From contig VBPC01000173.1 of the NCBI GenBank assembly GCA_005887895.1, positions 3,006-67,005 of the forward strand: a DNA stretch of 64,000 bases, given 5' to 3'. A program made the position numbers and the translations under genes. Shown one piece after another: positions 7,177 through 15,854 of the stretch (positions are counted from its first letter, which is position 1; each line of letters begins with the position of its first letter). The stretch is from Candidatus Rokuibacteriota bacterium (GTDB taxonomy: Bacteria; Methylomirabilota; Methylomirabilia; Rokubacteriales; CSP1-6). The notes beneath the pieces were generated by a model, which made no database searches, was not told the DNA's origin, and worked only from the letters and a program-made list of their open reading frames with translations.

Positions 7177-8927
7177 GCGCCACCACCGCGACGGCTCACG
7201 CGCACGTTGCACACGAGCATCACGAGCTGGGCTTCGTCCGGACGTACATCTTCTCGACCGATCACAAGATGATCGCCCGCCAGTTCCTGTTCCTGGGGCT
7301 GACGATGATGATCCTCGGCGGCCTGCTGGCGCTGATCGTGCGCTGGCAGCTGGCGTGGCCGGAGACGCCGATCCCCGGCATGGCGCACATCTTCACCGAG
7401 ACCTCGCCGCCCGGGATCATCCAGCCGCCGCAGTACAACATGGCGTTCACCATGCACGCCACGATCATGATCTTCTTCGTGATCATGCCCATCCTGGCCG
7501 GCGCCTTCGGCAACTTCTGCATCCCGCTCATGATCGGCGCCCGCGACATGGCCTTCCCGTTCCTGAACATGCTGTCGTTCTGGGTGACGGGCACGGCCGG
7601 GGTCATCATGCTGTCAGGCTTCTTCGTCGAGGGCGGCCACGCCGCCGCCGGCTGGACGTCCTACGCGCCGTTGTCGGCGGTGCCGGAGTACACCGGCGTC
7701 AACTGGGGCCAGAACATCTGGTGCATCAGCCTGTTCGTCATGGGCGTCGGCTCCATGATGGGCTCCATCAACTACATCACCACGATCATCAACATGCGGG
7801 CGCCCGGCATGCGCCTGTTCCGCATGCCGCTCGTCGTGTGGTCGCTGTTCATCACGGCCATCCTCCTGCTGCTGGCGCTGCCGGTGCTGACCTCCGGTGT
7901 GGCCATGCTGCTGTTCGACCGCACGCTCGGCACCTCGTGGTTCAAGCCGTCGGGCGGCGGCGAGCCGCTGCTGTGGCAGCACCTGTTCTGGTACTTCGGC
8001 CATCCCGAGGTCTACATCCTCATCCTGCCGGCCATGGGCATCGCCTCGGAGATCCTGCCGGTGTTCTCCCGCAAGCCGATCTTCGGCTACCACGCCATGG
8101 CGTTCTCGATGATCGGCATCGCGTTCCTGTCGTGGATCGTCTACGGCCACCACATGTTCGTGAGCGGGATGAACCCCCGGCTCGGCATGGCGTTCACGGT
8201 GAGCACGATGATCATCGCGGTGCCCTCGGCCATCAAGACCTTCAACTGGCTGGGCACCCTGTGGGGCGGCCGCATCCAGTTCAAGGTGCCGATGCTGTTC
8301 GCGCTCGGCTTCGTGTCGATGTTCGTGATCGGCGGGCTCAGCGGCATCTTCATGGCCAGCACCCCGGTCGACATCTACATCCAGGACACCTACTTCATCG
8401 TGGCCCACATCCACTACGTCGTGTTCGGCGGCTCGATCTTCGGCGCCTTCGCGGCGATCTACTTCTGGTTCCCGAAGATGTTCGGGCGGATGCTGAACCC
8501 GGTCCTCGGCCATCTCCACTTCTGGGGCACCCTGATCTTCTTCAACTGGGTGTTCTTCCCGATGCACATCATCGGCGTCGGTGGCCAGATGCGGCGGATC
8601 TACAACCCGATGCAGTACGAGTTCCTCCAGCACCAGCAGCACTGGAACGTGTTCATGACCTACGGCGCGCTGTGCCTGGGCGCCGTCCAGCTGCTGTTCG
8701 TGGTCAACTTCTTCTGGTCGCTGTTCGCCGGCCGCAAGGCGCCGATGAACCCGTGGAACTCCACGACCCTCGAATGGACGGCGCCCTCGCCGCCGCCGCA
8801 TCTCAACTGGGGCGCGACCGTGCCCACCGTCTACCGGGGGCCGTACGAGTACAGCGATCCCGAGGCGGCCGAGGACTTCCTGCCGCAGAACCAGCCGCCG
8901 GCCCGGGTCGGCGCGCGGGCTCACTGA
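7173..8927 (+). CDS. coxA: Cytochrome c oxidase subunit I (A-family haem-copper oxidase)
   Basis: The ATG overlaps the coxB stop (ATGA). The protein is 584 aa with 12 TM helices and the hallmark motifs [22 protein letters not shown] and HHMF...GGLSGI...HYV. The tail extends out to ...PARVGARAH. Confidence 0.92.
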   Translation: [584 protein letters not shown]

Positions 8928-8941
8928 CGGAGACGCCCGGG

Positions 8942-9820
8942 GTGAGGCTGGCGCATCGCCTGGCCGTGCTGACGGCCGCCGCGACCGGCGTGCTCATCGT
9001 CTTCGGCGGGCTCGTGACGAACACGGGCGCCGCCCTGGCGGTGCCCGACTGGCCGACGACGTTCGGCCACAACATGTTCCTGTTCCCACCCTCGCAGATG
9101 GTGGGCGGCGTGTTCTACGAGCACAGCCACCGCCTGCTCGGCGCCCTCGTGGGCGGACTGACGGTGGGGCTGGCGGCGATCCTCTGGCGGCGCGGCGGCC
9201 GCTGGCGCGCGCTCGCCGTCGCCGCCGCGCTCCTCGTCGTCCTCCAGGGCGTCGTCGGAGGGCTGCGGGTGGTGCTGCAGACGGAGGCGCTCGCCATGAT
9301 CCATGGTCCGCTGGCGCAGGCGTTCTTCGCGCTGACCGTCACCATCGCGCTGCTCACGTCGCCCCGGATGGCCGCGCCGGCGCTCACGGTGGATGCGACC
9401 ACGCGCCGGCTGACGCTGACCGCCGCGGCGACGGTGTATCTACAGATCGTGTTCGGCGCGCTCCTCACTCACGCCGGTTATCTCGGCCTCCACCTGGCCG
9501 GCGCGCTGGCCGTCTTCGTCCTGGTGCCGATCGTCACCGCGCGCCTGCGGCATGGCGGCGACCCGGTGGCCGCGCCGGCGGCCCGCGCCCTCCTGGCTCT
9601 GCTGGGGCTGCAGCTGCTGCTCGGCGTCGGCAGCTATCTGGTGCGCTTCTCGGCGATCTGGATCCCGGGCGGACAGCTCACGATGCTGGCGGCGCCCGTC
9701 GCGCATCGGCTGGCCGCCGGCCTCGTCCTCGCGGCCGTCGTGGTGCTGGCCGTCCGCGTGCTGGCCTCCGCGCGGCCGGCGGTGCTCGACGTTCCCGGCG
9801 TGCTCGGAGTCGTGTCATGA
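8942..9820 (+). CDS. ctaA: Haem A synthase (CtaA/COX15 family, short type-2 form)
   Basis: The GTG start is in frame with the stop at 9820. The protein has eight TM helices, the motifs DWPTTFGHNMF and YEHSHRLLG, and His in downstream helices. Confidence 0.7.
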   Translation: MRLAHRLAVLTAAATGVLIVFGGLVTNTGAALAVPDWPTTFGHNMFLFPPSQMVGGVFYEHSHRLLGALVGGLTVGLAAILWRRGGRWRALAVAAALLVVLQGVVGGLRVVLQTEALAMIHGPLAQAFFALTVTIALLTSPRMAAPALTVDATTRRLTLTAAATVYLQIVFGALLTHAGYLGLHLAGALAVFVLVPIVTARLRHGGDPVAAPAARALLALLGLQLLLGVGSYLVRFSAIWIPGGQLTMLAAPVAHRLAAGLVLAAVVVLAVRVLASARPAVLDVPGVLGVVS

Positions 9821-9938
9821 AGCCCCGCGCGTCTGGAACAGGCCACCTGCGGTTCACGCCGGCCGCGCGGACCCCGCTACGATTGAAGCCCCGCGCGCCT
9901 GGAACAGGCCACCTGCGGTTCACGCCGGCCGCGCGGAC
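9818..9938 (+). repeat. Tandem direct duplication (2 x 55 nt with one mismatch, 11-nt spacer) that exactly fills the ctaA-ctaB intergenic region
   Basis: Copy 1 at 9818-9872 is tgaagccccgcgcgTctggaacaggccacctgcggttcacgccggccgcgcggac. The spacer is cccgctacgat. Copy 2 at 9884-9938 is identical except for a single T-to-C change. Copy 1 starts at the ctaA stop codon and copy 2 ends at the ctaB ATG. Each unit contains the inverted pair ccgcgcg / cgcgcgg. Confidence 0.85.
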
Positions 9939-10841
9939 ATGACGCCGCGGGGCGAGGTCGTCGTGGCGGCGCTTGCGCGCGAGCGCGGACGCGTGGCCGG
10001 CGACCTCCTGTCGCTGACGAAGCCGCGCGTCGTCCTGATGGTGCTCGTGACGACGGTGGTCGGCTACTACGTCGGTCTGGCCGGCGCGCCCGACTACGCG
10101 CGCCTGGCGGCGCTCCTGCTCGGCACGATGCTGGCGGCCGGCGGCACGCTGGCGCTGAACCAGTACTGGGAGCGTGACGTCGACGCCCTCATGGAGCGCA
10201 CGCGCACGCGCCCGCTGCCCGAGGGACGGCTGGCCCCGCTGGAGGCGCTGCTGTTCGGCGGGGGGCTCACGGCGGCGGGGCTCGGCGTGCTGGCCCTCGG
10301 CGTCGGCTGGCTGGCCGCGCTGGTGGTGGCGGCCACGTTCGTGCTCTACATCTTCGCGTACACGCCGCTCAAGGTGCGGACGCCGTTCTGCACGCTGGTC
10401 GGCGCCGTGCCGGGTGCGCTGCCGCCGGTGGCCGGCTGGGCCGCCGCGCGCGACGACGTCGGGGTGGGCGCCTGGGTGCTGTTCGGCATCCTGTTCCTCT
10501 GGCAACTGCCCCACACGCTGGCCATCGGGCGTCTCTACCGTGACGACTATGCCCGGGCCGGCGTGCGGCTGCTGCCGGTGATCGACGCCCAGGGGCGGGC
10601 CACCGAGCGACAGATCCTCAGCGGCTGCCTGGGGCTGCTGGCGGTGAGCCTGCTGCCCACGCTGATCGGCCTGGCCGGCGGCGTCTACTTCGCGGGCGCC
10701 CTCGTCCTCGGCGCCGGGTTCGTCACGCTCGGCGCCCAGCAGGCGCTGGCGCCGTCGGCGTCGCGCGTGCGACGCGTGCTGCTGGCCTCGCTGCTCTACC
10801 TGCCGGCGCTGCTGGCGCTGCTGGCCTTCGACAAAGCATGA
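9939..10841 (+). CDS. ctaB: Protohaem IX farnesyltransferase (haem O synthase)
   Basis: The protein is 301 aa and belongs to the UbiA family, with motifs LTKPRVV, NQYWERDVDALMERTRTRPLP and LFLWQLPHTLAIG. Confidence 0.85.
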   Translation: MTPRGEVVVAALARERGRVAGDLLSLTKPRVVLMVLVTTVVGYYVGLAGAPDYARLAALLLGTMLAAGGTLALNQYWERDVDALMERTRTRPLPEGRLAPLEALLFGGGLTAAGLGVLALGVGWLAALVVAATFVLYIFAYTPLKVRTPFCTLVGAVPGALPPVAGWAAARDDVGVGAWVLFGILFLWQLPHTLAIGRLYRDDYARAGVRLLPVIDAQGRATERQILSGCLGLLAVSLLPTLIGLAGGVYFAGALVLGAGFVTLGAQQALAPSASRVRRVLLASLLYLPALLALLAFDKA

Positions 10842-10966
10842 GCATGAGCGCCGTCATGACCGACCCCGGCGACCTCGGCCAGCGCAACCGGCTCGTCCGC
10901 CGCATCCTGCTCGGCATCGTCGCCGTGCTGATCGTCGCCTCGTTCATGGTGGGGATTCGCTGGTGA
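10838..10966 (+). CDS. Small single-TM protein (42 aa) wedged between ctaB and cox3
   Basis: Its ATG overlaps the ctaB stop (ATGA). The sequence is MSMSAVMTDPGDLGQRNRLVRRILLGIVAVLIVASFMVGIRW. It is in the same frame as, and directly upstream of, the next gene, and is below the ORF-track size cut-off. Its coding status is unproven. Confidence 0.3.
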   Translation: MSMSAVMTDPGDLGQRNRLVRRILLGIVAVLIVASFMVGIRW

Positions 10967-11038
10967 CCGCCGCCGACGCCGCCCACCGGCGGCGGCGACG
11001 ACGACCGCAACGGCTCGTGGGGCCGGCCGCTCGACAAC

Positions 11039-11575
11039 GTGCGGCTGGCGATGATGTTCCTGATCGCGGGCGAGGTGATGTTCTTCGCCGCCCTCGTCTC
11101 CGGCTTCTTCGTCCTGCGGCTGGCGGCGCCGCTGTGGCCGCCGCCGCTGCAGCCGCGGCTGCCCGTGTTCGTGACCGGGCTCAACACGCTCGTCTTGCTC
11201 GGCTCGAGCATCGCCATGCTCGGCGCGACGCGCGCCGTGGGGCGCGGGGAGCGGTCGCGGGCGCTGCGCCGCCTGGCCCTCACGGCCGCGCTCGGCATCC
11301 TGTTCCTCGCCGTGCAGGGCTACGAATGGACGCGGCTGATCGAGTACGGCCTCACCACCTCGTCCGGCGCCTACGGCGGCACGTTCTACACACTGATCGG
11401 CGCGCACGCCGCCCACGTGCTGGGCGCGCTGATCTGGCTGGCCGTCACCCTGACGCTGGCCGCCCGCGGGCGTTTCCTCGACGGCCGCACCGCCGTGCTG
11501 CGAGCGTGCGCGATCTACTGGCACTTCGTCGTGGCCCTGTGGCCGGTTCTCTACGTGACGGTCTACCTGATATGA
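11039..11575 (+). CDS. Cytochrome c oxidase subunit III family protein (short, copy 1)
   Basis: A GTG start gives a 178-aa protein with motifs YEWTRLIEYGL, GTFYTLIGAHAAHVLGALIWL and YWHFVVALWPVLY. Confidence 0.7.
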   Translation: MRLAMMFLIAGEVMFFAALVSGFFVLRLAAPLWPPPLQPRLPVFVTGLNTLVLLGSSIAMLGATRAVGRGERSRALRRLALTAALGILFLAVQGYEWTRLIEYGLTTSSGAYGGTFYTLIGAHAAHVLGALIWLAVTLTLAARGRFLDGRTAVLRACAIYWHFVVALWPVLYVTVYLI

Positions 11576-11787
11576 CGCACGCGTTCGGACGAGTCCTGGC
11601 CTGTGCTTCCTGCATGTCGACCGCGTACGGCGACCAGTCGTTCACCTGGGCGTACGGCGCGCTCATCGTGGCTCCCTTCCTGGTCGCCATCGCGCTCGGC
11701 GCCGTGCTCGCCTGGAGCGCGGGGTATCGGCTGCGGTGGTGCCGCGTGACGCCGATGGCGACGCCGATCAACGAGGAGGTTTCATGA
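11572..11787 (+). CDS. Small membrane protein with an N-terminal CxxC motif (71 aa)
   Basis: The ATG overlaps the cox3 stop and the stop overlaps the next ATG (ATGA at both ends). The sequence MTHAFGRVLACASCMSTAYGDQSF... contains a hydrophobic helix (ALIVAPFLVAIALGAVLAW). Confidence 0.4.
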   Translation: MTHAFGRVLACASCMSTAYGDQSFTWAYGALIVAPFLVAIALGAVLAWSAGYRLRWCRVTPMATPINEEVS

Positions 11788-12398
11788 GTGCTGCAACCCC
11801 GCACGCAGCGGTGGAGCGCGCCGAGACCCCGCTCACGCCGGAGAGCTGGGGCAAGCTCGGGATGTGGATCTTCCTGGCCGGCGACGCCGTCGGCTTCGGC
11901 ACGCTGCTGGCGTCCTACGGCGGCATGCGCGCGACCAGCGCCGACTGGCCGAATCCCTACGCGGTGCTCGGCATCAACCTGACCGCCGCCATGACGTTCC
12001 TGCTGATCTGCTCGAGCGTCACGATGGTGAAGGCGCTCGAGTGGCTGGGCCGCGGCGACCGAGCCAAGGCCAAGATGTTCCTGTTCTTCACCGCGCTGGG
12101 CGGGGCCATCTTCGTCGGCTGCCAGGCCTATGAATGGACGCACCTGATCGAGCGTGGCCTGCACATCAACGGCAATCCCTGGGGGGCCGCGCTGTTCGGC
12201 ACCTCGTTCTTCATCGTCACCGGCTTCCACGGCCTCCACGTGACGGGCGGCGTCATCTACCTGCTGGCGATGATCGGCGTCGTGTCCCGCCGGCCCGATC
12301 CGGCGGCCAGCTACAACGCGGTCGAGATCGCCGGCCTCTACTGGCACTTCGTCGACCTCGTGTGGATCATGGTGTTCACCTTCATGTACCTCCTCTAA
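11784..12398 (+). CDS. Cytochrome c oxidase subunit III (copy 2)
   Basis: The protein is 205 aa with motifs AYEWTHLIERGL, FFIVTGFHGLHVTGGVIYL and YWHFVDLVWIMVF. Confidence 0.85.
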   Translation: MSAATPHAAVERAETPLTPESWGKLGMWIFLAGDAVGFGTLLASYGGMRATSADWPNPYAVLGINLTAAMTFLLICSSVTMVKALEWLGRGDRAKAKMFLFFTALGGAIFVGCQAYEWTHLIERGLHINGNPWGAALFGTSFFIVTGFHGLHVTGGVIYLLAMIGVVSRRPDPAASYNAVEIAGLYWHFVDLVWIMVFTFMYLL

Positions 12399-12411
12399 GG
12401 AGGCGAGATCG

Positions 12412-12750
12412 ATGGCAGCCGAGCACAAGCATCCCAACTACATGGCGATCTTCTACCTGCTGGCGGTGCTGACGGTCGGCGAGATCGCCGTCGTGTTCCT
12501 GCCGCACTACATCGGGATCAGCAAGTTCGCCGTCGGCGTGTTCCTGTGCGCCTTCGCGATCGTCAAGGCGGCGCTGGTCGCCATGTACTTCATGCACCTG
12601 AAGTTCGAGGCGCGCACGCTGGGCCTCATCGCCCTCACGCCGCTGACGATCGCCACGCTGCTGGTGTTCGTCATCCTTCCCGACGCTTCGTTCGTGGATC
12701 ACAAGACGGCGAACGTCAAGCCGGCGGCCGAAGAGCCGGCCAAGCACTGA
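12412..12750 (+). CDS. Prokaryotic cytochrome c oxidase subunit IV (caa3-type CoxD/CtaF family)
   Basis: The sequence HKHPNYMAIFYLLAVLTVGEIAVVFLP...AIVKAALVAMYFMHLKFE is the signature of the small three-helix subunit IV family. Confidence 0.75.
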   Translation: MAAEHKHPNYMAIFYLLAVLTVGEIAVVFLPHYIGISKFAVGVFLCAFAIVKAALVAMYFMHLKFEARTLGLIALTPLTIATLLVFVILPDASFVDHKTANVKPAAEEPAKH

Positions 12751-12783
12751 CAGCGGCCCCGCGGGTGGGGGAGCGCGTGGGGC

Positions 12784-13149
12784 ATGGCGGAGGACGGGCC
12801 GCTGGCGCGGGTGGTGCGCGCCGAGGGGCGGACGCTGCGGCTGCGCTGTCCGCGCTGCGGCCGCGCCCCGCTCTTCCGCGGCTGGTTCACCATGAACGTC
12901 GTCTGCGCGGTCTGCTCTCTCCGCTTCGAGCGGGCCCCCGGCTACTGGATCGGTGCCATCTACGTGAACTACGGCGTCACGGTGACGATCGCGGTGGCGG
13001 GCTACTTCCTGCTGTGGGCGCTGGCCGGCGTCGAGACCGGACAGCTCGCGCTGTGGGTGCCGTTCGTGATCGCGTTTCCGCTGTGGTTCTTCCGCTACAG
13101 CCGGGCGCTCTGGCTCGGCCTCGAGTATGCGCTGAACCCGGACCCGTAG
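12784..13149 (+). CDS. DUF983-family membrane protein (zinc-ribbon plus TM), a family typically found in oxidase operons
   Basis: The signature is CPRCGRAPLFRGWFTMNVVCAVCSLRF followed by two TM helices. Confidence 0.7.
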   Translation: MAEDGPLARVVRAEGRTLRLRCPRCGRAPLFRGWFTMNVVCAVCSLRFERAPGYWIGAIYVNYGVTVTIAVAGYFLLWALAGVETGQLALWVPFVIAFPLWFFRYSRALWLGLEYALNPDP

Positions 13150-13176
13150 GGTCCGCGACCTGAGCAAGGAGTCGGT

Positions 13177-13926
13177 GTGCTGAGAATCGTGGCGATGGTC
13201 GTGCTCGCGATGGCGCTGGCGACGCCGGCGCCGGCCTACGAGGTCGTCACCGTGCCCGACGGCGGCACCCTGGCCGGCGTGGTGAGGTTCGCCGGCCCAC
13301 CGCCGAAGCTCGACCCGCTGCCGGTGAACAAGAACCGCGACGTGTGCGGCGACGAGAAGGCCACGGAGGCGCTCATCGTCGGGCCCGACCACGGCGTGCG
13401 TGGCAGCGTCATCCTCGTGGAGGGCGTCACCCGCGGCAAGGCGCCGGCCGGGGAGGTCCTGCTCGACAACCACAAGTGCCTGTTCGTCTCCCACGTCAGC
13501 GCGACGACGACGGGCGAGCGCGCGCGGGTGAAGAACTCCGACGGCATCCTGCACAACACGCACGGCTTCCTGGCCCGGACGACGGTCTTCAACCTCGCGC
13601 TGCCGAACCGCGACCAGATGATCGACATCACCCGGCGGCTCGGCAAGCCGGGGGTGGTGCGCGTCGTGTGCGACGCGCACACCCACATGTTCGGCTGGAT
13701 CGTCGTGCACGACAGCCCCTACTTCGCCGTGAGCGACGACCACGGCGCGTTCCGCATCGAGGGCATCCCGCCCGGCAGCTACAAGGTCACGCTCTGGCAC
13801 GAGGGCTACCGGCCCCGCGGCCTCGACAAGGACGGGCGCGCGCTGTACGACGAGCCCCGCACCATCACCCGCGACGTCACGATCGCGCCGACGGCGACGG
13901 CGACGGTCGACTTCGAGCTCAAATAG
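13177..13926 (+). CDS. Periplasmic cupredoxin-like (type-1 copper) protein, paralogue of 5790-6479
   Basis: A signal peptide is followed by VKNSDGILHNTHGF and VVCDAHTHMFGW (C-x2-H-x2-M). The C-terminal beta-sandwich (FRIEGIPPGSYKVTLWHE...VDFELK) has the same architecture and conserved blocks as the upstream paralogue. Confidence 0.6.
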   Translation: MLRIVAMVVLAMALATPAPAYEVVTVPDGGTLAGVVRFAGPPPKLDPLPVNKNRDVCGDEKATEALIVGPDHGVRGSVILVEGVTRGKAPAGEVLLDNHKCLFVSHVSATTTGERARVKNSDGILHNTHGFLARTTVFNLALPNRDQMIDITRRLGKPGVVRVVCDAHTHMFGWIVVHDSPYFAVSDDHGAFRIEGIPPGSYKVTLWHEGYRPRGLDKDGRALYDEPRTITRDVTIAPTATATVDFELK

Positions 13927-13935
13927 GAGAGGCGC

Positions 13936-15846
13936 ATGTACAAGCACATCTACGTTCCGGTCGACAACTCGGACTACTCGAACCGGGCCATCGACCTGGC
14001 CGTCGAGCTGGGCCGTGCATTCGGCGCACGGCTCACGGGTTGTCACGTGTACGCCGCCCGGCTGCACGACTACCGGTTCAAGCAGATGGAGTACACGCTG
14101 CCGGAGGAGTACAAGGACGAGACGGAGCTCGAGCGCCAGCGCAAGATCCACGACTCGCTGATCGCCATGGGCCTGCAGCTGATCTCGGAGTCCTACCTCG
14201 ATGTCCTGAAGGCCCGGGCGGAGGCGGCCGGCCTCGCCTTCACGCCGAAGATGATGGACGGCAAGCACTACAAGGCGCTCATCGAGGACTGCGCGAGCGC
14301 CGACTACGACCTGGTCATCATGGGCGCCCTCGGCATGGGCGCCGTCAAGGACAGCCAGCTCGGCTCCGTGACCGAGCGCTTCGTCCGTCGAGTCACGCGC
14401 GACACGCTGGTCGTGCGCAATGCCGACGCCCTCCGCGACGCCCAGGGCGCGATCGTCGTCGGCCTCGACGGCTCCCCGCAGTCGTTCCACGGGCTCAAGC
14501 TCGGCCTGGCGCTGTCGCGGGCGCTCGGCCGGCCGGTGCGGGCCATCGCCGTGTACGATCCGTACCTCCATTACGCCATGTTCAACGGCATCGTGGGCGT
14601 CCTGAACGAGAAGGCGTCGAAGATCTTCCGGTTCAAGGAGCAGGAGCAGCTGCACGAGGAGATCATCGATACCGGATTGGCCAAGATCTACCAGTCGCAC
14701 CTCGAGATCGCTCGCAAGCTGGCCGCCGAGGACGGCGTCGACCTCGACATCACGCTGCTCGACGGCAAGTGCTTCGAGAAGATTCTGACCTTCGCCCGCA
14801 AGGAGCAGCCGTGGTTGCTCGTGCTGGGCCGGGTCGGCGTGCACTCCGAGGAGAACGAGACCGATCTCGGCTCCAACACCGACAATCTCCTGCGGCTGGC
14901 GCCCTGCAACGTCCTGCTCACCGGCGGGCGGTTCTATCCGCCGCTGGACGTCAAGGCCGAGGAGATCATCTCGTGGACCGAGGAGGCCGAGGCGCGCATG
15001 GAGCGGGTGCCGCCCCAGGTCAAGGGCGTGGCCCGCACCGCCCTGCTGCGCTACGCGATCGAGCAGGGCCATACGGTCATCACCAACAAGGTCATCGACG
15101 AGGCGATGGCCATCTTCATGCCGACCCGCATGGCGGAGACGATGCAGATCATGGCGGAGGACCTCGCGGTGGCCCAGCTGCGCAAGGACGGCCAGGCGGC
15201 GACGGCGATCTGCTCGGTGTGCGGCTACACCGTCAAGGGACCGAGCGCGGTGGTGACGTGCCCGGTGTGCTCGGCGGCCCCCGACAAGTTCCAGACGATC
15301 ACCCGGGAGGTCGTGGAGACGATCGCGGCCCAGGAAGGCGGCGTCGCCGAGGAAGAGTCGATGCCCGGCGTCGTCACCAAGTGGTCGGCCGACGCCCGCG
15401 ACGCCCTGCGCGAGGTGACCGACGGCTACCTGCGCCGGCGCGCCAAGGCCCGCATCGAGAAGTACGCGCGCTCGAAGAAGATCCCGGTCATCACCTGCCA
15501 GCTCGCGCTGCCGATGATCGAGGAGACGGTCGGCCGCGACAAGCTCGGGGCCGGCTGGGACACGCTCCTCGCCAAGACCCGGTTCGAGCCGGCCGCGGCG
15601 CCGGCGGCGGCGGCCGTGGCGCCGGCGACGAGCGCGTTCACGTGGACCGAGGACGCCGTCGCCCGGCTCAACCGGGTGCCGGCGGGGTTCATGCGGGACA
15701 TGACGCGCGAGGAAATCGAGCGCGTCGCTGCGACGAAGAACGCCACGCTCATCGATCTCGCCCTGTGCGAAGAGGGTATCGGGCACGCCCGCGAGACGAT
15801 GAACGAGGTCATCGCGGGATACGTCTCGAACAAGAAGCCGCGCTGA
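13936..15846 (+). CDS. Multi-domain protein: tandem universal-stress-protein (UspA) domains, a PCP_red domain, a CxxC...CxxC zinc ribbon, and a second PCP_red domain
   Basis: The two USP modules begin YKHIYVPVDNSDYSNRAIDLAVEL and AIVVGLDGSPQSFHGLKLGLALS. The zinc ribbon is CSVCGYTVKGPSAVVTCPVC. The two PCP_red domains (WTEEAEARMERVPPQVKGVARTALLRYAIEQGHTVIT and WTEDAVARLNRVPAGFMRDMTREEIERVAATKNATLI) match the BchB C-terminal domain motif W.peAe..L..iP.FvR......E.fA...G...it. Confidence 0.65.
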   Translation: MYKHIYVPVDNSDYSNRAIDLAVELGRAFGARLTGCHVYAARLHDYRFKQMEYTLPEEYKDETELERQRKIHDSLIAMGLQLISESYLDVLKARAEAAGLAFTPKMMDGKHYKALIEDCASADYDLVIMGALGMGAVKDSQLGSVTERFVRRVTRDTLVVRNADALRDAQGAIVVGLDGSPQSFHGLKLGLALSRALGRPVRAIAVYDPYLHYAMFNGIVGVLNEKASKIFRFKEQEQLHEEIIDTGLAKIYQSHLEIARKLAAEDGVDLDITLLDGKCFEKILTFARKEQPWLLVLGRVGVHSEENETDLGSNTDNLLRLAPCNVLLTGGRFYPPLDVKAEEIISWTEEAEARMERVPPQVKGVARTALLRYAIEQGHTVITNKVIDEAMAIFMPTRMAETMQIMAEDLAVAQLRKDGQAATAICSVCGYTVKGPSAVVTCPVCSAAPDKFQTITREVVETIAAQEGGVAEEESMPGVVTKWSADARDALREVTDGYLRRRAKARIEKYARSKKIPVITCQLALPMIEETVGRDKLGAGWDTLLAKTRFEPAAAPAAAAVAPATSAFTWTEDAVARLNRVPAGFMRDMTREEIERVAATKNATLIDLALCEEGIGHARETMNEVIAGYVSNKKPR

Positions 15847-15854
15847 GCGATGAC

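Noticed and set aside
6513-8927. A single 804-aa ORF that would fuse CoxB and CoxA
   Set aside because: The stretch between about 6911 and 7172 in that frame is featureless Arg/Ala-rich sequence, while the +2 frame over the same nucleotides encodes a perfect CuA domain ending in a stop that overlaps coxA's own ATG. It is therefore a frameshifted coxB plus a separate coxA, not a fusion. Programmed ribosomal frameshifting was also rejected because about 27 conserved residues are physically missing.
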